A stretch of DNA of 64,000 nt from Lama glama (GCA_028534125.1 CM052816.1:47122001-47186000), one strand, 5' to 3'; positions 13,478 through 26,289 are shown, counted from the stretch's first letter. The notes: generated by a model from the letters alone, not told the origin. Numbers and translations: made by a program.

Positions 13478-13584
13478 GAGATTTTTAGAAAATAAAAGAG
13501 CTCACATCATAGTTTGTAAATTAGTACATGATACATATACAACAACTGTCACTATGTGGATGTTTGTTTTTTTCATTACCACAA

Positions 13585-13692
13585 AATCCTTGAGTGTAGA
13601 GCCTTGTCTTATTCAGTTTTGTACTTTTGGAATCCAGGACCTTTCCTGGCACATCACAGTCCCTCAGTAATTGCTATATGAATGAATGGAAG
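13585..13692 (+). mobile_element. L2 3' end fragment
   Basis: 'ccttgag...ccttgtcttattca...cctggcacat...ctcagtaa...gaatgaatg' L2 terminus. Confidence 0.65.
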
Positions 13693-14304
13693 AAAGAAGA
13701 TCTATTAAGAAAGATTCATATTAGAGACTATAGCATTTGCAGAATCTATCCAATAGTAAGAGAGGTTATAGTTTCCCAGTTAATTTCATCAATACAGATA
13801 GTAAAAACAAACAAAAACAAAACAAAACAAAAAAAGGTCCCCATACCCCCTAAATTCTACTGGCTTAACATTAATATTTGTTCACATTGAGTGTGTTAAG
13901 CAGATACTGGCAAATAGTCTATTTTATTTGTTGTTTGGAAGAAATATGGCCTTGATTTTGTGATATTTTTAGGAAGTTGGAAGTTCATTTCTTGGGTGCA
14001 ATATTTAGGGAAGTTTCTCTGGAAGCCAAGTCTGGGGATGGGAATTTGAATTTACCTTTGAGAAGATTATAAAATTGTCTTTAAGGGAGAAATTTGTTTG
14101 GGGAGACATTTGATTTCTAGCATGCTATACTTAGGGCTCTGGTTTAGTACTGGATATACTAACTTAGTTAAGCCTTTAAATGAGACTAGTCATATGAATG
14201 CACTGCTTAATTTAAAGCTGTTTTTATTGAGAATATAAACATAGTGGTGAAATATGACACATCATAGTGGGTTCACAGTCATTTAATTGGCTTAAAATAG
14301 GTCT

Positions 14305-15549
14305 TTTCAAAAAATTTATTTTCCAGCTTTATTGATGTGATTGACAAATAAATTATATATATTTACAATGCACAACATGTTTTGATATACATATACATTG
14401 TGAAGTGATCACTACAATCAAGCTAATTAACATATTCATCATGTCACATAGTTATCTTTTTTATCGTAAGAACATTTAAGATCTACTCAGCAAATTTCAA
14501 TATACAGTATGTATACAATGTAATATTATTCAAGTATATAATATAGTATTAACTATAGTTGCCATGCTGTTCATTAGGTGTCCAGAACTTTTTTATTATG
14601 TGTCACTGAAACTTTGTACCATTTGACCGACATCTCCCCATTTCTTCCACCCTTCAGTCCCTGGCAGTCGTCATTCTACTTTTTGCTTCTATGAGTTCAA
14701 CTTTTTAAATTCCACATATAAGTGAGGACAATACAGTATTTGTCTTTCTGTGTATGGCTTATTTCACCTAGCATAATGTTGTGTAGGTTCATCTATCCTG
14801 TCACAAATGACAGGATTTTCCTTTTTTAAGGCTGAATAGTATTTCACTGTATGTTTATACCACATTTTCTTCGTTCATTCGTCTGTGGACAGACATTTAG
14901 GTAGTTTCAAAATCATGATTATTGCGAATGATGCTACAATGGACATGAGAGTATAAATATTTCTTCTAGATTCTTATTTCATTTCCTTTGGCTATATACT
15001 CAGAAGTAGGATTGCTGGATCATATGGTAGTTCTATTTTTAATTTTATGAGTAACCTCTATATTGTTTTCCATAATGTCTGTACTAAGTTACATTCCCAT
15101 CAACCGTGTACAAGGGTTCTCTTTTCTTTACATTGTTGCCATTTGTTCTTTTGTCTTTTTGATAGTAGTTATTCTAGTAGGTGTGAGGTTATATCTCACT
15201 GTGGTTTTGATTTGTATTTCTCTGATGGTTAGTGATGCTGAACAATTTTTCATGTATCTGTTTGTCCATTTGTATGCCTTCTTTTGAGAGGTGTCTGTTC
15301 AGGTCCTTTGCTCATTTTTCAATCAGATTGTTAATTTTTTTTAAAGTATTGAGTTTTATGAGTTCCACATATTTTGGATATTAATACCTTATTAGATGCA
15401 TGATTTGCAAATATTTTCTCCCATTCCATTGGTTGCCTTTTCACTCTGCTGATTATTTCCTTTGCTGTGCAGAGGCTTTTCATCATTTGTCTATTTTTGC
15501 TTTTTTTGCCTGTGCTTTTGGGATCAAATCCAAAAAAATCATTGCCCAG
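14305..15549 (-). mobile_element. 5'-truncated L1MA-class LINE (3' UTR plus ORF2 C-terminus)
   Basis: L1MA8/9-like 3' UTR and antisense ORF2 end; perfect 11-bp TSD AAAATAGGTCT at 14294-14304 and 15550-15560. Confidence 0.93.
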
Positions 15550-15779
15550 AAAATAGGTCTGTTTTATGTAGTTCTGCCACTTGGCCTTCTAGATATAAAA
15601 ATCTGATATGTTACCTGAGACAGTGATCTGATTACTACTTGGACTGCTTTCTCAGCTGAGGTGCATTGTCTTTCATAGTCAAACTCTTCAGTAGTTTCAT
15701 AACTCACTTTTTACATGTTTATTCCATCTCACAGGCCAACATCTATGTGGGCATTTGACTACTATTCCTTAATTCAAGT

Positions 15780-16800
15780 GAACATTTTTTTTCTGAACTG
15801 CTGTGGGACCCTTCTAACAATCTCCTGCTTCTGAGATCAAGTGTAGCAATGCCTCATGTTCCTGCAAGATACCATGTTTATTCTGCCTCATGGCTGTTTC
15901 CCTGTCTCTAATGTTCTCTTGATTTTCTCTACAGCATGAGTTTAGATATTGATAATGTTGAACTTGAGCTGAGACCTGTGCTCCTGGAAAAAGCTACAAT
16001 TAATAAATCTCTCCCACCACTTTCCCCAACTCTTTTATGTTTCAGAAAAAAAAGCTTACTGCAGAGAACCAAACTTTTTCTTCTTAGAGAAGACTCACTG
16101 ATGCCCTCCTTGATGCCCTCCTCTATGATGAGGCCAGAGACCCTCCAATTTCCCATTCTTTATCTCAGAAACGATTAGTTGGACTGTTTGTCCCCCTGAC
16201 CAGTCTGAACAAAATGCCTGACTTGACCAAACTTTAGTCAGGCTTCTTTCCCTCCCCCAGGCACCTGAACTTTGCTGCACCTGATCTTTGCTGCACCTCT
16301 GGGTTTTGGGGCAGAAAAGTCCCTCCTTAGCAGCCTTTCCAGGTGATCAACTGACTGCAAGAAGAGTCAACTGTCCCATCACGCCACCTGCTCATCTCAT
16401 TCCCCTATCCAAGCCAGATTCCTTCTAGCCATTTTCTCCCTCCTTATAAAAAGAAAATTCATTTTTTGCATGACCTTTCAGATGTTTGCAGATCTTACAG
16501 TCTGAGCATTCTCCCCCTCACAACAGTCTCCTTCCCTGATTACAACCACCTTTGAATAAAGCCTTTATTCCAGCAAGTTTTCTTACCCTCCCGGCTGGGT
16601 TAGATACTCCCCAGAAGAATTCTGTAACATCACGTGTTTATCCTAATCAGAGCACTAATCACACTGGGGAACAGGGCTGTGTTCTTGCCTTGATTCTTCA
16701 CTAGAATGTGAGCTTCTTGAGGGCAGTCTCTGTGTCTACTTTCTCTGTAGCCCTGGCCCCTTGCAGAGTTCTAGGACATTTTAGAGGTGCAATTAAGCCT
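15780..16800 (+). mobile_element. L2 3' region, split by an ERV1 LTR
   Basis: L2-like sequence on both sides of the LTR, ending 'cactagaatgtgagcttcttgagggcag...'. Confidence 0.6.
15937..16570 (+). mobile_element. ERV1-class solo LTR (MER90/MER110-like)
   Basis: Starts tgag...ataatgttgaacttgagctgagacctgtgctcctggaaa; contains gacttgaccaaactttagtcaggcttct, TATAAAA near 16445 and AATAAA near 16555. Confidence 0.75.
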
Positions 16801-17437
16801 TAAGTACTTAATTATTTAATTAAATTAACAACCAGCTTTTTTCCCTGTGAAGATGGACAACTGATCTGAGAACCTGTTTCTGACCAGTCACTTCCATGGA
16901 TAAATGAACTGGGGACGAGGGGAGGGAGAGCACAATGATGATTATTCCTGTATTTCTGCATAAAGATAACTTTCATGTCCGGAAGGAGCGATTTAGACAA
17001 AGGTTTCCCACTCTCCACTGTCCCTTATAAAACTTTGTGGGAAAGCAATTTTGATTATTGTTGTAGAGGCCACCAGTTCTAGAAAAATATCCCAGAAGAA
17101 AATGGGTTTTTTTATTCCTTCTGGCTCAAAATAGAGACTTATATACTTCTGGAGATGGAAGGAATGCTAGCTTCAATTTATCAAACACATAAAATGTTAA
17201 CTGTGCCATTTGATTGAACCTTTATGATATACATCACCACAATATGATTTATATTACACCAGAAATGCTGTTTCCTCCTTCCCCACTTCAGTCAAGAGAT
17301 CCAACCTAGCCTCAAGGACTCCAGCTTGAATCCTCAAGGAAGATAATAAAAGACACTGGTTCCTATGCTCAGAAATTGTCCCTGACTTGAATCAAAATGC
17401 CTTTTGAATGCCAAATTTTGTTTTGCTTGTTTTTCTT

Positions 17438-17564
17438 TTTTTAAAAAAAAATTATTCATTTATTTCTTATTTCTTCTTCTTATTTTAGTGGAGGTGCTGG
17501 GGATTGAACCCAAGACCTCGTGCATGCTGTTTGCACTCTACCACTGAGCTATACCCACACCCCC
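17438..17564 (-). mobile_element. tRNA-Ala-derived SINE (Vic-1-like)
   Basis: A-box TAGCTCAGTGG and B-box GGTTCAATCCC on the minus strand; perfect 15-bp TSD TTGCTTGTTTTTCTT at 17423-17437 and 17565-17579. Confidence 0.93.
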
Positions 17565-17999
17565 TTGCTTGTTTTTCTTAAGGGTGCTCCGTTCCTGTTA
17601 TTCAGATTCCTTGCCTAAGTTTCTGATGCATTGTTAATCTTAGCTGGATCCCTGACTTTCTGATACTCAAACCATTTGCCTGGGAACCTGTCTGATCCAC
17701 CACAGTCTTTGTGCCAACTTAGTCTATCTCAGTTCCCACTATCTGGCCCTGAGACACTGCCCATCAGTTTCTAATCCATCCATGCAACTCCACTCCAGAG
17801 CTAACCCTGAACCTCACGATGGCTGCTCCAGCTCATACTGACATACCACAGGCTCCTCTTCTTGTGTAAAGGCCCCTCCAGGCTCATGTTGGCTCTTTGT
17901 GGCTACTTGTCTTGCACTTTTGCATGCTGCTGCTCACAGTTCTAGGAAAGTAACAAATAGTTCAGAAATGAAACATCTGGAACAGATCTATATATTGTA

Positions 18000-19275
18000 A
18001 TTAATTTTAAATTTAATCCAAGTAATAAATGTACATTGTTTAAAAAGTCATTGGAGAGTACAGTATGGAAGGAGAGGGGGAGGTTAACTTTTCATGACAA
18101 ACTCTATGCAGCCAGATGATCAGGTCCAACATCAACAGTGATAAGTCACACTGATACCTTTGATAAGGTATGATGAAAGTGGCGCTTCACCTCTGAGGTC
18201 TTCTTCCCCAAAGCCTATAACCCCAAAACAATCATGAGAAAAACATCAGGCAAATTCTGATAGAGACATCCTACAAAATACCTGCCAGTATTCCTCACAA
18301 CTGTCAAGGTTATTAAGAAAAAAAAATTCTGAGCACCACTCATGAGAGCCTGAGGAGACATGACCACTAAGTATGTGGTAACCTGGATGGGATCCTGGGA
18401 CAGAAAAAAGACACTGGGGGTAAAAACTAAAAAAACCTGGATAAAGTATGGACTTTGGCAAATAATAATGTACCAATATTTTTTCATTAATTTTAAGCAA
18501 TGTACTAAAGTATGATGTTAATAGTAGAGAAAAGAATAAAGTCAATTATTTAAAAAAGTTTAATGGCAGAAAGAAGTTATATGACTGAAAAAAAAAAAAC
18601 ATAAGAAAGAAAAACGGTACTTGCCATCACCTTCAAGTACTTTGTCCCAGTGACAATTTTCAGTTCATTTAATTGTTTCTCAAGGCTTTACTCTATTTCT
18701 GAATAGTATGCTTTTGTGGAAATTTTTTATTTATCCATTTTAGACACTCTCTATTGACTTCCTGTGATGGCAGGTGAGGAAGTAACTCTCTTCCACCATG
18801 TTTCTTCCTCCCACTATATTTGTGTCACAACTTTTGGCTAATCCATATTCACTGTTCACATTACAGTAATTACATAATCCTGTTCACTCTTGAGTCAGAT
18901 TGTGTTCTGATTACTTTTTCTTTTGATGCATTATTTGCTTTTTCTGAAATTTATAATTGTTTCATTTTTTATTTGCTTGAGTCTCTATGTACATATTGCT
19001 AATTCTTTCCCAAACATTCCAAAAGTTACATGATTAACTCTCATGATATTATTTTCTAGAATAACACATCAGAAAACCAACCAGTTTCATTCTGTCCTGG
19101 CACCTCCCTCCTGCAGCCCTGCATTTCCTTGCTCTCCTCTAGATGCATGCCTCAACTGTCAGTCCAAGACTACTCTTTGTCACCCTTCCAATGAATTCCA
19201 TGATTTTTGGATCAAATATCTTCTTTCACATGCTTATTTTCTCATTTAGTTGTAGCAGATTCTCTAGTATCTTTT
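18000..19275 (-). mobile_element. HAL1 relic (3' part), split by an L1MC fragment
   Basis: Antisense HAL1 3' motifs (aagtaataaatgtacat...aaaagtca; ctattgacttcctgtgatggcaggtgagga), homologous to 1480-2185. Confidence 0.65.
18053..18537 (+). mobile_element. L1MC-class 3' UTR fragment
   Basis: 'aacatcaacagtgataagtca...cctacaaaatacctgccagta...ctggatgggatcctgggacagaaaaaagac'; flanked by aaagtca on both sides. Confidence 0.85.
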
Positions 19276-19428
19276 TTTCTCCTTTCTACCCTTTAAAAAA
19301 ATTAAGATTCTATTTTTCTATTTTTATCAATGTTATGCATGCAACCAGTCTGAAAAGAAAAACAGTTTTACAGGTATGTTAGGAAACCCCTAAAAAACTG
19401 GGTTCAAGGGAAAAACTTATAGTTTGCA

Positions 19429-19430
19429 TG

Positions 19431-19461
<31 letters not shown>

Positions 19462-19500
19462 GTGTATATATATCCATATACATAGACACACACACATATA
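19429..19500. repeat. (TG)n microsatellite grading into TA/CA repeats
   Basis: Direct reading: tgtgtg...tgtatgtatgtgtgtatatata...gacacacacacatata. Confidence 0.95.
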
Positions 19501-19554
19501 TTGTGGTACAATCCCAGAAAGCTAGCAGTAAGAGGAAAATGAAAGTAAAGTTGG

Positions 19555-20039
19555 CCAAGATTGTTCTAGCCTCTACCCATGATCTAATTCCAAAGCCACT
19601 TCCACAATTTTAGATATTTGTTGTGGCAGCACCTCACCTCCTGGTACCAAGATCTGTATTAGTTCCCCAGGTCTGCTCTAACAAATTACCACAGACTGTG
19701 TAGCTTAAAACAACAGAAATTTATTCTCACAGTTCTGGAGGATAGAAGTCTGAAATTAAGATGTTGGGAGGGCCATGGTCTCTTTGAAGGCTCCAGAGGA
19801 GATTCATGACTTGCTTCTTCCAAACTTCTGGCACTCTAAACAGTCCTTGGCATTTCTTATCTTCTAGCTGCTGTTTTTCAACCTCTGGCTCTGAAATCAT
19901 ATAACCTTCTTCCATGTGTATCTTCATATGAACTTCTTTTAAGGATACTGGATCTAGGGCCAGCCCTGATCCAATATGACCTCATCTTAACCAACTACAA
20001 CTGCAAAGGCCCTACTTCTAAATAAGGTCACATGCTGAA
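19555..20039 (-). mobile_element. MaLR LTR (MLT1B/C-like, 19655-20039) with about 100 bp of adjoining internal sequence
   Basis: 'ggcagcacctcacctcctggtaccaagatc|tgtattagtt' is the antisense MaLR LTR/internal junction; the LTR is truncated at its far end. Confidence 0.85.
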
Positions 20040-20048
20040 TTTCATGAT

Positions 20049-21050
20049 TATGATGCTAGCTGCAGGTTTTCAATATAGACTCTTTACCAGACTGAGGATA
20101 TTCACAGTTTGTTGAGTATTTTTATCATGTTGAATACTGTCACATGCATTTTCTTTCTTTTTTTGAGGAGGATGTGGATAGTTCTTTTTTAAAATTTATT
20201 TACTGAGGTATGATTGACATACAAAAAAAGCTGTACATACTTTATACATCTTGATGATTTTGAAGGTAAAAATACACTCATGAAACCTACACCATATACA
20301 AGGCCAAAAACTTAATCATCACCTCTAAGTTTCCTTCCTACTTCTTTTTAAAAAAAATATAACATTTAACATAAGATCTACTCTAGTAACAAAATTTTAA
20401 GCATAAAATACTATATTGTTAACTTTGTGCACAATGCTGTACAATACATCTTGAGGACTTATTTGTCTTGCTTAAGTGAAATTATGTGTGCTTTGACCAA
20501 CACCTCCTCCAGTCCCCTTCCCCCATCTAATGCTTTTTCTATACTTAATGAGATGACCATGTAGTTTTTGTCCTTTATTCTATTAATATGGTGTCTTACA
20601 TTAATTTATTTTTGAATGTTAAAAGAGCCTTGCATTCCTGGGGTAAAGCTCACTTGTTAAAGTGGTAAAATCCTCTACATGGAATTTGTTGTATTATTAA
20701 CAAATATGTTATGCTCGTTTTATGGCCTAACATAAGCTCTATCCTTAAGATTGTTTCACGTGCACTGGAGAAGAAAGTGTTTTCTACTGTTGTAGAGTAC
20801 AGTTTTATAGATATATGTTCAGTCACATTTATGTGCAGTATTATTTGTCTTCTATTTTCTTGTTGATCTTCTGCCTCATTGTTCTATCCATTACTGAAAG
20901 TGGGGTATTGAAGTCTCCAACTATTATTGTTGGATTGTACATTTCTTTCTCAGTTCTATTTTTGCTTCACTATTTTGGGGGTACTGTTATTATGTACATA
21001 TGTGTTTATAACTGTTATAGCTTCCTGATGGGTTTATTATTAAAAAGTGT
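20049..21050 (-). mobile_element. Old L1 ORF2 fragments (RT-region piece joined to endonuclease-region piece)
   Basis: 'tatgatgctagctgcagg...ccttgcattcctgggg' followed by 'gaaagtggggtattgaagtctccaactattattgt'. Confidence 0.8.
20155..20529 (-). mobile_element. L1MA-class 3' end nested in the older L1
   Basis: 'tttactgaggtatgattgacatacaaaaa...tttaacataagatctac'; imperfect TSD atgcattttct (20144-20154) / atgctttttct (20530-20540). Confidence 0.8.
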
Positions 21051-22085
21051 CCCTATTTTAAAAAAGAAAAGTAAAGTTGGAAAAGAGGAGGAACAAATAA
21101 CAGGGTGTTCATTACCCAGCTGGTCTCAGTTTCGTGGTAAGTGCAGCAGATTGCTTGGTCTTGTAGGATGTCTTTAGAGAGGTCATAGGAAAAAAATTAT
21201 CAAACAGTTTTTATCTCCCCTTGGTCAGAGTTTACTCCATTGAATATCACTCCTCAGCACTTCCACATTGTGCCATCTAGATTGTCCAAGCAGCTTCTGG
21301 GGAAGCCAGAAACTAGGAATGTGGTGGTGACACCCAAGGTTTAAGCCACAGCACATGCAGTCAGTTAGTGAGTAGTCTACGGTAATGACACTCTCCACCT
21401 GCCCACTAGCAAGCTGCATTCTTATGACCCTGCCAAACAGTAAGCTTCTGGGGGTGCATGAATGCTGATTAGATCCAGTGGCCTTTTGTACTGCATTGGC
21501 AACAGAGGTGAGCCCAGGGTAAGGAAGTAAAAAAGTTCCTTCTCACAAGGAACCAGGACTAGACATTGTATCAGTCCTCAGCAGGGGAATAGGCAGAATG
21601 CCACAAGGACATGGTCCTTGCCATAGAGCTCAACAAGCCTGTCTCCTATGATCTTCAAAACCTTCTCTCTGTGGCCTATGAGAATGCAGTTGATGTCAGG
21701 CGATCTAACTGAAGAATCAGTAGTATCAGTAGCATCATGCAGATTGCTGGTGAATCCACAGAGCTCATAAATTTGATCTATCTCATATCTGCATCTCTGC
21801 CTCTCTCAAAATGTAACTACCTTTACCTCTTTACTCTGATATTTTCACATTTACTTCCTTTGTCACTAAATAATATCATTGAAATGCCAACTCCTGATTT
21901 CTTAGTTTGGGGCATTTTCTATTAACTTCCACTGAAGAAGATGAGGACTTGGATTCTTTCTACTCCTGCTGGCATCACGTGAAAGCACCCTTCAAACATG
22001 AACCACCCCCCCACTCATCCTGCCAATGCAGTGTACTTTGGTTAAAGCAATAACCACTGTTTACTTTATCATTTAAATGCTATTA

Positions 22086-23225
22086 GGGAGTGTGATTTCC
22101 AGATTGGCAGAGTAAGTGCTTCTGAAAAATCCACTCCTCCATAAAAGCAATGAGAACAAAGGCAAAAATTGTCAAATCAACTTGTTCAGAACTCTGTAAA
22201 TTAACTTAAAGGAATCCAAGGAATGTTTATTCAAGAAAAACTGCTGAAACTTAGTAAGAACATAAACTTCATAGCATTTTAACTTGCCCGTGTCGCATCA
22301 TGCTCTCCCAAGCTCCATGATAGCCTTGAAAACCAGCAGCCTAGCAACCCCTCCATGAAGGGGACTGACCAGCTTTGAAGTTCCTTAAAATATTTCTTCC
22401 CCAGAGAATTGCTACTACTTGATATACCTGGAAGTTCCTAGAAAATCCGTATTCACAGGATTTGTCATTATTTGACTGGACTGAGAACTTATTCAATGAG
22501 AAAAACCTTATCCTTAGAGTGTTTATCAAAAATAATCAGAGGAAATTGTTCAACACTGCAGCTGCCTGAAGCACAATACCAGTTGGGGCAAACAAGATAA
22601 TGACCCAAAGACTTAAAAAGAATATCTGGGAAATGAGATGTTCATAGCAGGATTTGAAAAACTTTAAAATATTCCTTGGACTCATGTGCAGACTATTTAC
22701 ATGCCTAGGAAAAAAACCTAAGGACACCCTTATCTCCCACTTCTGTCTGATCATGAGGCTCTGTGTGATCAGAAAGTGAAGGATAATGCAGAGTGGTAAA
22801 CTGCCAGAGCCCTAATACAACTAGATTGTTTAAATTAAGATGCTAATTGTAATACCGAGGGCAAGCACTGATAGAATAACTTAAAAAAAAAAGTGAATTT
22901 AAGGGGTACATTAAAAAATCTCTATTTAGCTTATAAATAAAAGGAAGTAGTGGAGGAATAGAGGAACAAAAAGATCTAAAAAAAATATACATAAGTGGTA
23001 GGCATAAATCCTACCTCCTCAGTAGTTACATTAAATGTAAATAGATTAAATACTTTAATCAAAAGGCAAGGATTGGCAGAATGGATTAAAAAAAATTACT
23101 CTAACCATGTGTTGTGTAAAGAGACACTTCACAAAGATACACATAGGTTGACAGTTAAAAGAGCAGAAAATAGAAACACCATGGAAACAGTAACTTAAAG
23201 AGAGCTGAAGTGGCTAGTCTAATAC
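22086..23225 (+). mobile_element. Old L1 (L1M4-like) 5' UTR joined to inter-ORF region and ORF2 start
   Basis: 5' UTR motif 'ctcctccataaaagcaatgagaac'; ORF 22995-23198 (VVTLNVNRLNTLIKRQGLAEWIKK) is the L1 endonuclease N-terminus. Confidence 0.8.
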
Positions 23226-26200
23226 ACTTTATACACTATTCCCAGCAGGGCCAGGAAGGAAATCATGATTTCTCTCCCTTTACTGCTTAACTTCTATTTG
23301 TCTAGAACTAATACTTTTCTTTCCTTATTTACTTAAATTTTTATGTATTTGCCTGTGATTCCATCCAAACTTCTTGCAAATTGTCTACATCTCCTCTCAA
23401 AATGTTTAAATGCATCAGATATTCAGAAATTGATATTTCATCTTCCTAATGGAGTTTCTGAAGAGCCTTCTACCATGCCGCAATATGAATGGGTTATCCT
23501 CTATAGCTGCACTTTTCATTTTGAAATCTTCCTTCACAAGCATTATGCTTATTACCTTCATCTCCCTATTGGGTTGGAAGTACTGTTTTTGGTTTGCCAG
23601 GTCTTGTTTCTTGGTCTGTTCCCCTATTTTGGTAGAACTCAGTCTCCGGTGGCCTACTGAGATAAGGGAACAAGGAAAATACATTTTTTTTAGAACTTAC
23701 CTGCTTGAAATTTATCTATTCTACCCTGAAACTTGATTACAATTTGGCTTGATATGGAATGTTAGTTTAGAAGTCATTTTCCTGCAGCATTTTGAAGGTG
23801 TGTCTCCACTGACTTTGAAATTCCTGTATTCCAGTGAGAAGTATGCAGCAATTTTGATTTTTGATTCTTGTTTGTGAAATTTTTTTCTTTTTAAAACACT
23901 ATCTCCAATGTACAAAATTTTACAATAATATGTCTTAGTATAAGTTCATATCATCTATTTTGAGGGGCACTCTGTGGGCTCTTTTTAATCACTTCCTTCA
24001 GAATATAAGTTAAAGACTTAGTTTACAAATAAAATTAGGTGATCAGTGTGAGGCACCCAGGAATAAAATACAATTAGCAAAAGCTAAGTGGCTCCTAGTC
24101 ACTGATGTAGAAACACTATGGCATGGGTACTTCTTGGTTCACTCAAGAAACAGGAGAAAGAGGTATTTAATGCAAATGAATGAATTGTTTGTTTTAACAG
24201 GTATTCAATCCCAATTGTAGTGACTGAGGCAATGAAACAGAGAAATTGACATAATGAAGTTTTAATGTGTAAGGTTGGTAGTTCTGAGTTCTGAGTGATT
24301 TTAAGGAAACGTTTCCTTTTATCAAAGTATAACAGACATTCTGTCCTTAATCAAATATTATAATGTGAAATAGTCTTTCAGACTCAGAATGCCTTTTATT
24401 TTTTTCATGTCTACAAACGTCTGCCACTTTCACCTCAAATATATATAAGCAAGTTTTGTAAAGTACAAGTCCTTTGTAAAATTTTGTTAGATCTAAACAG
24501 GATTGAAACAACATTTATGAAAGTATGTTCAATAATCAAAATCTTATTGCTGAATTAAAAATTTTTCTTTTTAATATTTTCCTGAAGCTGAAAGTAAAGC
24601 ATTCATCCTAAGATACACTACTATGAGTCCATAAAACTTAGTGATTTTTTTTTTAGAGGCTATATTGTAAAAGTATATACTGACTATATATATTCAATAT
24701 TGCCATGTGGAAAACATGGCAAATATTTTGATTGGACATTATTTTATTTGGAGTATTTTGTCTCTTAAAATCTCGCAGCATAAAGATAAATTATACGTGG
24801 ACAGAAACACATTGTGTCAGCTTTCCCTAAGTAGCCTTTTCTTCTTTTCCAATCTGTGAAGGTTGACAAGGAGCATTGAACAAAGACGTTTCATTCTTTC
24901 TTTTCTCATCTTGGCAGAAGAACCTGGTAGCACAACTATAGTTAACTATTCAATTCCCAGCTACTTTAATTATCAGGGTAAAAAATGTTAATTCCTAGAA
25001 GCAGTACTACTTCAACAGTTTATTGAACTTCACCAGAGGGGAAACACTTCTAAGGTTATGGTTCATTAGGTCTGTGCTCTCAACCATTGAATTTAGACAT
25101 TTATCTAGAAACTAGATAAATGACACAAAGCAAAAAAAACTTTAAAGTGAGAAATTTAACATATCCATGATTAACTTTCATTATCTGGATGTTATTAGTG
25201 AAACCAAAAGCTAGTAAATGCTGAATGAGTCTTGCAAACTCAATTTTTCAAATCATACACTCTTTGAAAAATAAGTTTTGGTTGCAAGATTTAGGAAGAT
25301 CACATTATTAGATTCTCAAAAGATATTCTTGAACTCTCTCTTATTCAACCACTTAAAAGCTGTTTATTTGCTAATGGCATAATGAGGTTACTTGGTTAAA
25401 ACAGGAAGGAAAAGAAAAATAAGGTTAAAAAAGGAAATGAAGTGGTGGCTGTTACAGCAATTTGGGAAGGAGGCAGAAATTATCAAAGATTTGGAACTGA
25501 ATTTTAACACTGACCAGCTCAGGGAACAGATATGAGACTGGAAGTCCAACAGAAAAATATTTATTTACCTGAATCACTACTGGTAACAATGTGCCATTTT
25601 GAATTGAAAGGGTGCTCACCTCTTAATATTCTGATACAGTTTTACCATTTATTCTCACATCTAAAAATAAAAAAAAAGTCAAGTTGTCCTGATCTTTTGA
25701 ATATAGCATTTAAATCCTAAATTCCCACCGAAGGGTACATGTTCTTCCAAGAACAGTCCTAAAGATTTAAGATTTTAATTCTGTCTAAAAGGAGAGCGAT
25801 GGCATTTTGCTTCCCACCGAACCCCCCTCTTTCCATGACAGTATAGTTTGCAATAACAGGCTGAGTGATGATTCATAGGGAACCTAAATTAATTCTATGA
25901 GCCTTTTTAATGTTGACTTTTAACTCACGAAAGTACACTATCATATGAGAGGATTAGGCCACCAGACTTCAAATAACCACATGAATAACTCTATTGTGGT
26001 GACTGTATTAAAGTGTATAAGTGGTTTGAATGCCACATGCTCTTGAAGGCCATACCTTGTGAGCATAAATTAGTTAAAAAAACAAATCTCTAGGTGCTGC
26101 CAGGAGTGATCTTCTAAGTTATCTCAAAGCACACAATTTCTCTGGGCAGTATTCACCATGGAAGTTGTTCTCATCATGGCAAAGTTATGCTAAAGTTGTC

Positions 26201-26289
26201 TATGAAGGGTTTTCCTTCACCCAGTGCAGAGCAGAGAGAGCAGGAGACAGTACTCAAATTTATGTAGTTCTCCCATTGTAGTTTTCCAA

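Larger units (their letters stand above)
19395..21760 (-). mobile_element. ERVL-class LTR (LTR16-like) in two pieces (19395-19554, 21068-21760)
   Basis: 'aatcccagaaagctagcagtaagagg' and 'attacccagctggtc...gattgcttggtcttgtaggatgtctttagagagg' resemble antisense LTR16; right boundary uncertain. Confidence 0.5.
19295..24000 (-). mobile_element. HAL1 relic in three pieces (19295-19390, 21761-22085, 23226-24000) hosting nested insertions
   Basis: The pieces are collinear with the HAL1 3' end to ORF1 order seen in the other two copies; antisense ORF1-like sequence at 23670-24000. Confidence 0.6.

Noticed and set aside
16098..16300. Short tandem duplications (tgatgccctcct x2; ctttgctgcacct x2; also gtaactgaaaagt x2 at ~62158)
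   Set aside because: Two-copy slippage duplications inside known repeats, with no spacer structure or functional signal.
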